The translations under genes and the position numbers were made by a program. Positions 21,438-32,281 of a stretch of DNA of 64,000 nt are shown here, in pieces. Position 1 is the stretch's first letter; the number at the start of each line of letters is the position of its first letter. A model generated the notes under the pieces. That model had not been told where the DNA came from, did not search any database, and worked only from the letters and a program-made list of their open reading frames with translations. This DNA comes from an uncultured delta proteobacterium (lineage in GTDB: Bacteria; Myxococcota_A; Polyangia; Fen-1088), in contig CAVYGB010000008.1 in NCBI GenBank assembly GCA_963767925.1, positions 2,816,001-2,880,000 of the forward strand. The letters are read 5' to 3'.

Positions 21438-22129
21438 CCAGCGAGCTGGCGCTCGGCCTGACCGGCCCAGTCCCGGTTGGCGGCAGGGCTGGCCGGGCTG
21501 GGGTGCAAGATGGTGCCGAGGGCGACGCCGGTCTCGGCGAGCGCCGTGCGGGCCCGGCCCTCGGCGAAGGCGCCCACCCCGATGACGTGGGTCGGGCGCA
21601 GCAGCTCGACCGCCTCCTGCAGGGCCCGGTCGCAGACCTGGAAGAGCCGCGCGCGCTCCCGGGGTGAGAGCTTGTCCGGGGTGCGGTTGCGCCCCGAGCG
21701 CTCCATGAAGGCCAGCGGGCAGTAGTTGACGACGAAGAAGCGGCGAAAGAAGCGCTCGGCGTCGCCGAAGCGATCCCGCGCCCAGCCCCACAGGCGGGTG
21801 CCGCTGACCTCGCCCCGGGGGCAGGCGAACCCCGCCACCGGCCGGGCGGGGTGCGGGCGGGCGGGGCTGCCCACCGCCGCCTCGATGCCGAGGAAGTCGC
21901 GCACCATCGTGACGTCGCCGAAGGGGACGCCGGTCTGGGCCATCCCGAAGGGGCCCGGGTTCATGCCGAGCAGCACCACCCGGCCCGGGCGCTTGCCGAA
22001 GCGCTCGAGGTAACGCTCGTGGGGGGCGCGGGCGTAGACCAGCGGGTTGTACACGTGGCTGGTCGGCGGCCCGAACCGCATCTCCTCGAGATCGGCGGCG
22101 AGGCGCCGGCTGACGTCGACCAGATCCAT
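21416..22129 (-). CDS. SMUG1-type single-strand-selective uracil-DNA glycosylase
   Basis: VYNPLVYA, GMNPGPFGMAQTGVPFG, EVSGTRLW, NYCPL and LHPSPASP. Confidence 0.92.
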   Translation of the reverse strand: MDLVDVSRRLAADLEEMRFGPPTSHVYNPLVYARAPHERYLERFGKRPGRVVLLGMNPGPFGMAQTGVPFGDVTMVRDFLGIEAAVGSPARPHPARPVAGFACPRGEVSGTRLWGWARDRFGDAERFFRRFFVVNYCPLAFMERSGRNRTPDKLSPRERARLFQVCDRALQEAVELLRPTHVIGVGAFAEGRARTALAETGVALGTILHPSPASPAANRDWAGQAERQLAGYGIALG

Positions 22130-22189
22130 TGGCCTGCGCATTTACCACGCCCGGTTTGCAGCCGCCCGCAACCGCGGCAGACTCCGGGC

Positions 22190-23596
<1,407 letters not shown>

Positions 23597-23636
23597 TCGC
23601 CGCCCGCCAACCTGGTGCACTACTCACCGTCGCTGC

Positions 23637-23657
23637 ACCGTCAAGCATCTTGACGGT
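23637..23657. promoter_or_regulatory. Perfect 9-3-9 inverted repeat overlapping a TTGACG -35 upstream of Hsp20
   Basis: ACCGTCAAG-cat-CTTGACGGT. Confidence 0.5.
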
Positions 23658-23719
23658 CGATCCCCAGTGGTTAACTCCACGATACGCAAGCAGAACGGCA
23701 AGCGAAGGAGGAACGAATC

Positions 23720-24163
23720 ATGTGGGGCTATCGTTTTTCGGATCTCGATCGAACCCTGGCGGCGGTGGATGGGCTGCGGCGGATGGGCCGCGTGTTCGTG
23801 GACGTCGACACACGGGGGCCGGCCACCGGAAACGCCTGGCCGCGCACGAACGTGTACGAGACAAAAGACGCGCTCGTGGTCGTGGCAGAGGTCCCGGGCC
23901 TGACCGAGAAGGACCTCGAGGTCACGATCGATAAACGGGTGCTGACGCTGTCGGGTGAGCGGAAGCTGAACCTGCCCGAGGGGCTGCTGGAGCAAGCGCC
24001 GGAACGGCAACCCGAGCGCTTCTCGCGCAGCTTCACCCTGCCCGAGCGGATCGCGACCGACGGCCTGACCGCGGAGCTCAAGGACGGCGTCCTCACGGTT
24101 CGCCTCCCCAAGGTCCCCGAGGAGCAGCCGCGCAAGATCGCCATCAAGGCGCCGGGCGCCTGA
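23720..24163 (+). CDS. Hsp20/alpha-crystallin small heat-shock protein
   Basis: AEVPGL, LTLSGERK, FSRSFTLP and AELKDGVLTVRLPK; strong RBS AAGGAGG. Confidence 0.93.
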   Translation: MWGYRFSDLDRTLAAVDGLRRMGRVFVDVDTRGPATGNAWPRTNVYETKDALVVVAEVPGLTEKDLEVTIDKRVLTLSGERKLNLPEGLLEQAPERQPERFSRSFTLPERIATDGLTAELKDGVLTVRLPKVPEEQPRKIAIKAPGA

Positions 24164-24196
24164 CGCGAGCGCAAAAGGGCCAGCAAGGCGCGGTGA

Positions 24197-24224
24197 CCCC
24201 CGAGCCGGGACGCCGGCTCGGGGG
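24197..24224. terminator. 12-bp GC hairpin after Hsp20
   Basis: CCCCCGAGCCGG-gacg-CCGGCTCGGGGG. Confidence 0.5.
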
Positions 24225-24247
24225 CGAGTTGTGGTAGGAACACGCGC

Positions 24248-25285
24248 ATGAAAGCGCTCGTCCTGACCGCCTACAAGGAGTTCGAAGTCCAAGACATGCC
24301 GGAGCCGGACGTCGGCGCGCGCGACGTGCTGGTACGGGTCGCGGCCTGCGGGATCTGCGGCAGCGACGTCCACGGCATGGACGGCAGCACCGGCCGCCGC
24401 CGCCCGCCCATCGTCATGGGGCACGAGGCCTCGGGCGTGATCGAGCGGGTCGGCCCGGACGTGCGCGACTACCGGGTGGGCGACCGGGTCACCTTCGACT
24501 CGACGATCTACAACCCGGACAGCTTCTTCTCCCGGCGCGGGCTGATCAACCTGTGCGACGACAGGCGGGTGCTGGGCGTGTCCTGCGAGGACTACCGGCA
24601 ACACGGGGCCTTCGCCGAGCTGGTGGCGGTGCCGAGCCACATTCTCTATGCCCTGCCGCCCGCCATGACCTTCGAGCAGGCGGCCCTCGTCGAGCCGGTC
24701 TCGATCGCGGTGCACGCGCGCCACCTGACCCCCATCGAGCCGGGGGACACGGCGATCGTGTTCGGGGCTGGCCTGATCGGGGTGATGACCGTGCAGGTGC
24801 TCAAGAACACGCCGGCCAAGCAGATCATCGCCGTCGACATCGACGCCGGCAAGCTGGCGGTGGCCCGCGAGGTGGGTGCCACCCACGTGATCAACTCCGC
24901 CAGCGGTGACGTGGCGGCGCAGGTCAAGGACCTGACCGAGGGCCGGGGGGCCGACGTGGCCTTCGAGGCGGTGGGGATCGAGGCCACCGTGCGAGCGGCG
25001 GTGGCGAGCGTGCGCAAGGGCGGCACCGTGACCCTGGTGGGCAACCTGGCCAAGGACGTGTCGATCCCGCTGCAGGCGGTCGTGACCCGCCAGATCCGGC
25101 TGCAGGGCTCCTGCGCCTCGAGCGGCGAATACCCCGAGTGCCTCGACCTCATCAGCTCGGGCAAGGTGGACGTGGACCGGTTCATCTCGGCCACCGCCCC
25201 CCTCGAGGACGGCGCCTCCTGGTTCGATCGCCTCCACAAGCGCGAGCCCGGCCTCATGAAGGTCGTGCTCAAGCCGAACGGCTAG
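24248..25285 (+). CDS. Zn-dependent polyol/sugar dehydrogenase (MDR family)
   Basis: CGICGSD, GHEASG, EPVSIAVHA and GAGLIG. Confidence 0.9.
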   Translation: MKALVLTAYKEFEVQDMPEPDVGARDVLVRVAACGICGSDVHGMDGSTGRRRPPIVMGHEASGVIERVGPDVRDYRVGDRVTFDSTIYNPDSFFSRRGLINLCDDRRVLGVSCEDYRQHGAFAELVAVPSHILYALPPAMTFEQAALVEPVSIAVHARHLTPIEPGDTAIVFGAGLIGVMTVQVLKNTPAKQIIAVDIDAGKLAVAREVGATHVINSASGDVAAQVKDLTEGRGADVAFEAVGIEATVRAAVASVRKGGTVTLVGNLAKDVSIPLQAVVTRQIRLQGSCASSGEYPECLDLISSGKVDVDRFISATAPLEDGASWFDRLHKREPGLMKVVLKPNG

Positions 25286-25445
25286 TGCACCGTCTTCGAA
25301 CTAGCATCAATCAATCGGCGACGATCCTGCGCCCCCGCTTCGTTGCTCCTCCTCGGAATATGCCCGATATTCGTCGTCGTCGCGCCTCGCGGGAACGCAG
25401 GCTTGTCGCCGCCTGATTGACGCTACTTCGAAGACGGTGCACTAG
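25282..25445. mobile_element. 164-bp palindromic MITE-like element flanked by CTAG
   Basis: 31-bp inverted repeats at 25283-25313 and 25414-25444 with 2 mismatches, further internal complementarity, and CTAG at both ends. Confidence 0.8.
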
Positions 25446-25489
25446 CCCTGGTTCGATAGACCCCTCTGCTGCTGGAGACTCCGAACATC

Positions 25490-26275
25490 ATGGTGAAGAA
25501 CTTCTTCGATCTTTCCGGGCGCACGGCGCTGGTCACCGGGGCCAGCCGGGGCCTGGGGCAATATTTCGCCCGCGCCCTGGCCCAGGCCGGGGCAGACCTC
25601 ATCGTCACCGCCCGCAACGGCAACGACGCCGAGCCCTTCGCCGCCGAGATCCGGGCGCTGGGGCGCAAGGTGACGACTCTGTCGCTCGACGTGCGCGACG
25701 AGGCCAGCATCCGCAAGATGGCCGACGACGCCCAGGCCGCCGTCGGCAAGATCGACATCCTCGTCAACAACGCCGGCTGCAACGTGCGCAAGCCGACGAT
25801 GGAGATAAGCTGGGACGACTACAACAAGGTGCTGGAGACCAACCTGCGCGGCACCTTCTTCGTGGCCCAGTCGGTCGCCCGCCACATGATCCCCCACAAA
25901 TACGGGCGCATCGTCAACATCGGCTCGGTGACCTCGGTGTTCGGCTACGCCAACATCGCCCCCTATTGCGCCAGCCGGGGCGGCGTCAAGCAGCTCACCA
26001 TGGCCCTGGCCGACGAGTGGGGCCGCCACGGCATCACCGTCAACTGCCTGGCCCCGGGCTGGTTCCGCACCGAGCAGAACAAGGTGCTGTACGACAACAA
26101 GAAGTGGGTCGACTACATCTGCGACCGCATCCCGGTCGGCCGCCCCGGCAAGCCCAACGACCTCGACGGCGCGGTGGTGTTCCTGGCCTCACCGGCCAGC
26201 GAATACGTCACCGGCCAGACGCTGCTTGTCGACGGCGGCATCTCCACCGGCGCCACGAAGGCCTCGGTCGACTAG
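25490..26275 (+). CDS. SDR-family oxidoreductase (gluconate 5-dehydrogenase/KduD-like)
   Basis: TGASRGLG, LVNNAG, YCASR (YxxxK variant) and YVTGQTLLVDGG. Confidence 0.9.
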   Translation: MVKNFFDLSGRTALVTGASRGLGQYFARALAQAGADLIVTARNGNDAEPFAAEIRALGRKVTTLSLDVRDEASIRKMADDAQAAVGKIDILVNNAGCNVRKPTMEISWDDYNKVLETNLRGTFFVAQSVARHMIPHKYGRIVNIGSVTSVFGYANIAPYCASRGGVKQLTMALADEWGRHGITVNCLAPGWFRTEQNKVLYDNKKWVDYICDRIPVGRPGKPNDLDGAVVFLASPASEYVTGQTLLVDGGISTGATKASVD

Positions 26276-28136
26276 AAGGTGAAGGCGACGCCGCTGCCGA
26301 GCTCGAAGGCGACGGCGGACGAGGGGAACCCGATGATGGTGCGGACCTCGGTCGGCCAGGAGATCCGGTTGGTGAAGTTGTAGACCACGCCTCCGCCCAC
26401 CCCGAACAGGAGGGGCCCGCCGCGCACCGTATCGCTGCGCACCAGCTCGACCGAGCGATCCGCCGGCACCCGCAGCCGGAAGCCGTCGCCGCCGCCGACA
26501 CAGGCGCTGACCAGGCCCTGCAGCCGGTCCTCGATGAGGTCGAGGGTGTACGAGCCTCGGGCCAGCAGGGAGAAGGCCCGGTTGGCGGGCGTCCCGCCGA
26601 TGGCGTCACCGAAGCCGTCCTCGGGGACGTATTGCAGGCGGGCCTGCAGCGACACCGAGAAGTTCTTCATGAGCTGGTAGCCGACCTCGGGCAAGATGTG
26701 GAACAGCCCGCCGGGCAGGCCGCCCGAGGTGATCTCGCGCTCCTGCCGGAACTCCAGCTTGCCGCCCGGCTGCCAGCCGTAGGCGGTGCCGAGGCCGAAG
26801 CTGGCCCAGAACCGTCCGATGGCCCGACGGCGGCCCGTGCGCGCCGACTCGCCCCTGCGCACGGGGCTGTCGTCGTCGTCCCGGCTGGCCCGGATCTGCT
26901 CGGGCTCGTCGGCGGGCTCGTCGCCGCCACCCCGGAGCTCCTTGGCCACCGCCTCCTCGACCGGCATGGCACCGTCTTTGACCACCAGGAGGTTGGGGCT
27001 GTCGGCGCTGCCGCTGTTGGCCTCGCCCGCGCCTTCGCCCTGGACGAAGAACTGCAACGTCTTGCCCTCGGTGGCGCTGGCGGGGATCACGCCCCGGAAC
27101 CAGCCACGCAGCGAGCGGGGCATCGCCACCGGGGTGAAGTCCTCGGTGCCCGCCGGCCGGAAGTGGAGCACGAGCTGCGAGACCTTGAGGTCGGGGCGCA
27201 CGGCGCAGGTGACGACAACCTCGGTCTCGGGCGGCGTCTCGATGGGAATCGGGCAATACACCGGATCGTTGCGCCCCTCGGGATAAGGCGAGTTGCTGCG
27301 GGCGGCGCTGGCGGCGGCGGCAGCGCTGGAGCTGGAGGCGACGGCGCGGACCGGCGGCTTCTCCGGCGGGGCGCTGGCCGGCTCTCGGCGCTGGCTGGCT
27401 TCTCGGCGCTGGCCGGCTTCTCGGTGAGGATGGAGAGCACGTCGGTGCTCCGCGAGGCGGCGCTCGAGCGGGCGGGCGGCTCGGGCTCGGCCGGGGGAGG
27501 CGCGGGCGCGCGGACGGCGGGGGCGGCGGGCTTGCGGGGGGGACCGTCGAGCAGCTCGCGGGCCAGCGCCTCCGAGCTCCGGCGGGCCGGGGTCGCCGGC
27601 TCGGCCTCGGGCTCCGGCTTCTCGGCCGCGCCGGGGGCCTCGTCCTGGTCGAGCGGCCCCGACGGATCCGCGGCGGTCTCGTTCATCACCTTGTCGGCGG
27701 GATCGGACGCCTCGCTGTCGGACTCGGCGCTCGCGGTGCCGGTGGCCTTCTGGCGGGCGATGGCCAGCGCCTTGCGGGCCCGGGGGGTGGCCATCCCGGA
27801 GGGGATCTTGGCGTCGGGCGTGGCGTCGAGCGCCTCGCTCATGTAGGCCACCGCGCGCTTCTCGTCCTTGAAGGACTGGGCATAGATCGCGCCGAGGGCC
27901 ATGCGGGTCCGGCTGGTCAGCGGGTCGCGGCCCAGGCCCCACTCGCCGGCCATCTTCTCCGCCTCCAGCAGCCGCTTGCGCGCGGCCGAGGCCTGGCCGT
28001 CCCGGGCCTCGATGAGCGCCTCCCGCTGCATGGTCGTGATCTGCTCGCGGGCCTTCTGCTGGTTGGCGCAGGCCGCGCTGAGAAACACGAGGGAGAGGGC
28101 CAAACCCAGGAACTTCACACGCGTTCGACACATCAT
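26272..28136 (-). pseudogene. Myxobacterial-type lipoprotein (TPR-like N-terminus, beta-rich C-terminus) with a single-base frameshift near 27383
   Basis: Lipobox LSAAC. The N-terminal half is in ORF 27087..28244 and the C-terminal half in ORF 26272..28131. The join lies in an 18-bp repeat copy lacking one base; may be a sequencing error. Confidence 0.65.
27370..27422. repeat. Three copies of an 18-bp unit (EKPASA), one lacking a base
   Basis: ggcgctggccggc-tctc / ggcgctggctggcttctc / ggcgctggccggcttctc. Confidence 0.8.
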
Positions 28137-28389
28137 CGGAGCGCCTAGCTTAACGCTCGGGACCCTGGCGGTGTCATGCCGAAAGTGCTCTCCGCGGCAG
28201 CCCAAAGGTGGTGTCCGATTTCCATTGCTCAGGCCGAGATACATCCTGTTGCCCCCTTTGGACGTGGCGTCTATTTCCAGGCCCGCGGCGCCGCCCGCGC
28301 GTGGACCCCTCTCTTTTAGCCGAAGGCGCTGTGCCCTCCTCCCAAAAACTCCGCCATCGTCGACACGCTGGTACGACTGGCCGCGGCGC

Positions 28390-29163
28390 GGCCCTCCTGC
28401 AAACCAAGCTGGCCCAGGCGGTCCGGCGGCTGCCCCGCGACATCGACCCCCCGGTGGTCTCGAAGACCAACCCCGAAGACCAGCCCATCATGTGGGTGGG
28501 CGTGTCCGGGCCCTATTCGCCGCAGCTCCTGGCCGACATCGCCCGCTACCGGGTCAAGGAGAAGCTGCAGACCATCCCCGGCGTGGGCGAGGTCGGCATC
28601 GGCGGCTCGATCGAGCGCAACATCCGCATCTGGGTCGACGCCGTCCGCCTCGACGAGCGGGCCCTCACCGTCCACGACGTCATCACCGCCTTGCAGCGCC
28701 AGCACGTCGAGGTGCCGGCCGGGCGGCTCGACGCCGAGGGGGGAGATCAGCGTGCGGCTGCTGGGCGAGGCCCTCGACCTGCAGACCCTCCGCCGCATCG
28801 TCGTGCGCGAGGTGGCGGGGGCGCCGGTCTACCTCGAGGACGTGGCCCTCGTCGAAGATGGGTTCGAGGGCGTGCGCCGGGCCCGGGTCGACGGCTCGCC
28901 CGAACAGGGGCTCGTTATCCGCAAGCAGCGGGGGGCCAACGCCGTCCAGGTCGCCCACGACGTCAAGCGCACCCTGGCCGAGATCCATGGCCGTCGCGGT
29001 GATCGGGGGGCTGCTGGTCTCGACCGCCCTCAGCTTGCTGGTGGTGCCCGCCTTCTATGTCGTCGCGGACCGGGCGGTCACCCGCCTGCGGCGCAAGCGG
29101 CGCCCGCACGAGACAGAGTCGGAGGCGGCCGGCGCGGGGCGCGAAGCCACCTCCACGCCGTGA
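28390..29163 (+). pseudogene. Collapsed AcrB/RND efflux permease relic
   Basis: LPRDIDPPVVSK...TIPGVGEV...EVPAGR; frameshift near 28740; VYLEDVALVEDG...GANAVQVA joined out of frame to the final TM MAVAVIGGLLVSTALSLLVVPAFY. Confidence 0.85.
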
Positions 29164-29172
29164 AAAGGCGCC

Positions 29173-29892
29173 TCAGCCCTTGACGGGGTGGAGGCCACAC
29201 TCCTTGTTCTCGGGGTTCTCCCACCACCAGCGGCCAGCGCGGGGATGTTCGCCCGGCTGGATGGCGCGCGTGCAGGGGGCGCAGCCGATGGAGGGGTAGC
29301 CCTTGCGGTGCAGGGGGTTGACCGGCACCCGGTTGGCGTCGGCGTAGGCCCAGAGGTCGGCGTCGCTCCAGCCGATGATGGGGTTGACCTTGGCGATGCC
29401 GCCGTGGCCCCGGTCGAGATCGATGGCCCCGGTGTCGGCGCGGGTGACGGCCTGATCCCGGCGCAGCCCGGTGACCCAGCCCTCGAGCGTGCCGAGCATG
29501 CGTCCCAGCGGCTCCACCTTGCGGATGCCGCAGCACTCGCGCCGGTTCTCCAGCGACTCCATGAAGCTGTAGGACCCCTTTGCGCGCAGCAGGGCCTCCA
29601 CCTTGGCCCGCTCGGGGAAGAGCCACTCGATCTCGATGCCGTATTTGTCGCGCACCCGATCGGCGGTCTGGTAGGTCGCTTCGGGCAGCCGGCCGGTGTC
29701 GAGGGCAAACACCCGCACCCCGGCGTCGATCCGGTGGGCGAGGTCGATGACGGCGCAATCCTCGATCGAGAAGCTCGACGCGATGGCCAGCGAACGACCG
29801 AAACGCCCGAGGGCCCAGCGGAGCACCTCCTCGGGAGGAGCGCCGTCCAGGCGGCGGGTGGCCTCGGCGAGCTCGTCTTCGGTGGGCTTCAT
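29173..29892 (-). CDS. cysH: APS/PAPS reductase, Fe-S type (CC and CxxC present)
   Basis: LDTGRL, ECCGIRKVEPL, GYPSIGCAPCT and KECGLH. Confidence 0.94.
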   Translation of the reverse strand: MKPTEDELAEATRRLDGAPPEEVLRWALGRFGRSLAIASSFSIEDCAVIDLAHRIDAGVRVFALDTGRLPEATYQTADRVRDKYGIEIEWLFPERAKVEALLRAKGSYSFMESLENRRECCGIRKVEPLGRMLGTLEGWVTGLRRDQAVTRADTGAIDLDRGHGGIAKVNPIIGWSDADLWAYADANRVPVNPLHRKGYPSIGCAPCTRAIQPGEHPRAGRWWWENPENKECGLHPVKG

Positions 29893-29940
29893 GGCGGTGC
29901 CTTATAGCGCATCGTCGTGCTAGAACGCGCGGCGCCTGCC

Positions 29941-31236
29941 ATGGCGAAGCCGACGTCCAAGGTGCATCTCCAGTATGGCCGCGATGGCCTGGAGGTCGAG
30001 CTGCCGCCCGGGCGCATCCGCGTCATCGAGCCCACCTTCGTGCCCGGTCTCGCCGACGAGGCGGCCGCCTTCGTCGACGCGGTCCGGAACCCGATCGGGG
30101 GCCGGCCCCTGCGCGACTGCGTGGCCGCCCACGAGCGGGTGGCGGTGGTCATCCCCGACATCACCCGCCCGCTGCCGAGCGACCGCCTGCTCCCCTGGCT
30201 GTTCGCCGAGCTGGCCCACCTGCCGCCGGAGAACGTCACCATCCTCAACGGCACCGGCTCGCACCGGAGCAACAGCCCCGCCGAGCTGGCGGCGATGGTG
30301 GGGCCCGCGGTGCTGGCCCGCTACCGCGTCGTCAACCACGACGCCCAGGCGCCCGCCGGGATGGCCCTGGCCGGCCAGACCCGTGACGGCCGCCCGGTCC
30401 ACCTGGCCCGGGACTACGTGCAGGCCGACCGGCGCATCGTCCTCGGCTTCATCGAGCCGCACTTCATGGCCGGCTTCTCGGGGGGCTACAAGGGCGTGTT
30501 CCCCGCCCTCGCCGATCTCGACGCCATCATGCACTACCACCGGGCGGAGGCCATCGGCCACCCCGCCAGCACCTGGGGCGTGCTCGAGGGCAACCCCACC
30601 CAGGAGCAGATCCGCTGGGCGGGGAGCCTGCTGCCCGTGGATTTCCTGGTCAACGTCACCCTCAACCGCAAGCGCCAGATCACGGGCTACTTCTGCGGCG
30701 AGGTGGCGGCCGCCCACCAGGCCGGCTGCGACTTTGCCCGGCATACGGCCATGGCGGCCTGCGAGCGCCGCTACCCCATCGTGATCACCACCAACGCCGG
30801 TTATCCCCTCGACCAGAACCTCTACCAGGCGGTCAAGGGGATGCACGCCGCCTTCCAGGTCGTCGAGCAGGACGGCCTCATCGTGGCCGCCTCCCGCTGC
30901 GACGACGGCTTTCCGGGGCACGGCAACTTCAAGCGGCTGCTGTTCGAGCACGGCAGCCCGCAGGCGCTGCTCGACGCCATCACCGCGCCCGGCTTCTCGG
31001 TCTACGACCAGTGGGAGGCACAGCTCCTGGCCATCATCGCCCTGCGGGCCCGGGTGGCCCTCAAGAGCGAGCTCGATCCGGGCGAGGTCCGCCGCGCCCA
31101 CCTCGAGCCGGTCGAGGACATCGCCGCCCGCGTCCGCAGCGAGCTCGATCGCCGCGGCGACGTCCCCATCGCCGTCTTGCCCGAAGGACCCATGACCATC
31201 CCCTACCTCGCGAGCCCCGCCGGTGCCCCCCAGTAA
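29941..31236 (+). CDS. larA: Nickel-pincer lactate racemase family protein
   Basis: DITRP, GTGSHR, NHD, EPHFMAGFSGGYK and GYPLDQNLYQAVKG. Confidence 0.9.
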   Translation: MAKPTSKVHLQYGRDGLEVELPPGRIRVIEPTFVPGLADEAAAFVDAVRNPIGGRPLRDCVAAHERVAVVIPDITRPLPSDRLLPWLFAELAHLPPENVTILNGTGSHRSNSPAELAAMVGPAVLARYRVVNHDAQAPAGMALAGQTRDGRPVHLARDYVQADRRIVLGFIEPHFMAGFSGGYKGVFPALADLDAIMHYHRAEAIGHPASTWGVLEGNPTQEQIRWAGSLLPVDFLVNVTLNRKRQITGYFCGEVAAAHQAGCDFARHTAMAACERRYPIVITTNAGYPLDQNLYQAVKGMHAAFQVVEQDGLIVAASRCDDGFPGHGNFKRLLFEHGSPQALLDAITAPGFSVYDQWEAQLLAIIALRARVALKSELDPGEVRRAHLEPVEDIAARVRSELDRRGDVPIAVLPEGPMTIPYLASPAGAPQ

Positions 31237-31237
31237 G

Positions 31238-32281
31238 GTGCCCTCGGCCCGTCCGGCCATCGACCGTATGTCGGGGTACGTGCCGGGCGAGCAGCCCGGT
31301 CCTGGCGACAAGGTCGTCAAGCTCAACACGAACGAGAACCCCTACCCGCCCAGCCCCCGGGTCATGGCGGCGATCCGCGGCCTCGACCCGGAGTGGCTGC
31401 GCCGCTACCCCAACCCGAACGCCGATGGCTTCCGGGAGGTGGCCGCCCGGGTGCACGGCGTCTCGCCCGACATGGTCATCGCCGGCAACGGCAGCGACGA
31501 GATCCTCGCCATCGTGGTGCGCACCTTCCTCGACCCCGGCGACACCGTGGCCTGGCCTGATCCCACTTATTCGCTGTACCCGGTGCTGGCCGAGATCGGC
31601 GAGGTGCGGGCGGTGGCGGTCCCCTGGGAGGCGGGCTGGCGGCTGCCGGTGGCCGCGCTGCTGGCGGCCGGCCCCCGGGCGATCTTCTTCGCCAACCCCA
31701 ACGCCCCCTCGGGGACCGTTGTGGCGCCCGAGGTGGTGCGCGAGCTGGCCGAGCGCAGCCCGGGGATCGTGCTGGTCGACGAGGCCTACGTCGACTTCGC
31801 CGACGGCGACTGCCTGGAGCTGCTGTCCCGCTGCCCCAACGTCATCGTGAGCCGCACCCTCAGCAAGGGCTACGCCCTGGCTGGCCTGCGCTTCGGATAC
31901 GCCCTGGCGGCGGCGCCGCTGGTGGCGCAGATGAACAAGGTGAAAGACAGCTACAACTGCGACGCCCTCGCCACCGCCGCCGCCCAGGCCGCCCTGCTCG
32001 ACCGGGAATATGCCCGCGCGGGGTGGGACAAGGTGCGCGCGGAGCGGACCCGTCTGCAGACCGCGCTGGAAGGACTGGGGTGGCAACCCATCCCCAGCCA
32101 GGCCAACTTTCTCCTGGCGGCGGTGCCGGGCGGCGATGGCGGCGCGGTCTACCGCTACCTGAAGGAAAGAGGGATCCTGGTTCGATATTTCGCCCGACCG
32201 GGCCTGACCGACATGGTCCGCATCACCATCGGCCGCCAGGACGAGAACGACGCGCTCCTGCGCGCGCTGCGGGACGCATGA
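31238..32281 (+). CDS. hisC: Histidinol-phosphate aminotransferase
   Basis: KLNTNENPYPPS, GNGSDE, NPNAPSG, VDEAY and RTLSKGYALAGLR. Confidence 0.94.
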   Translation: MPSARPAIDRMSGYVPGEQPGPGDKVVKLNTNENPYPPSPRVMAAIRGLDPEWLRRYPNPNADGFREVAARVHGVSPDMVIAGNGSDEILAIVVRTFLDPGDTVAWPDPTYSLYPVLAEIGEVRAVAVPWEAGWRLPVAALLAAGPRAIFFANPNAPSGTVVAPEVVRELAERSPGIVLVDEAYVDFADGDCLELLSRCPNVIVSRTLSKGYALAGLRFGYALAAAPLVAQMNKVKDSYNCDALATAAAQAALLDREYARAGWDKVRAERTRLQTALEGLGWQPIPSQANFLLAAVPGGDGGAVYRYLKERGILVRYFARPGLTDMVRITIGRQDENDALLRALRDA

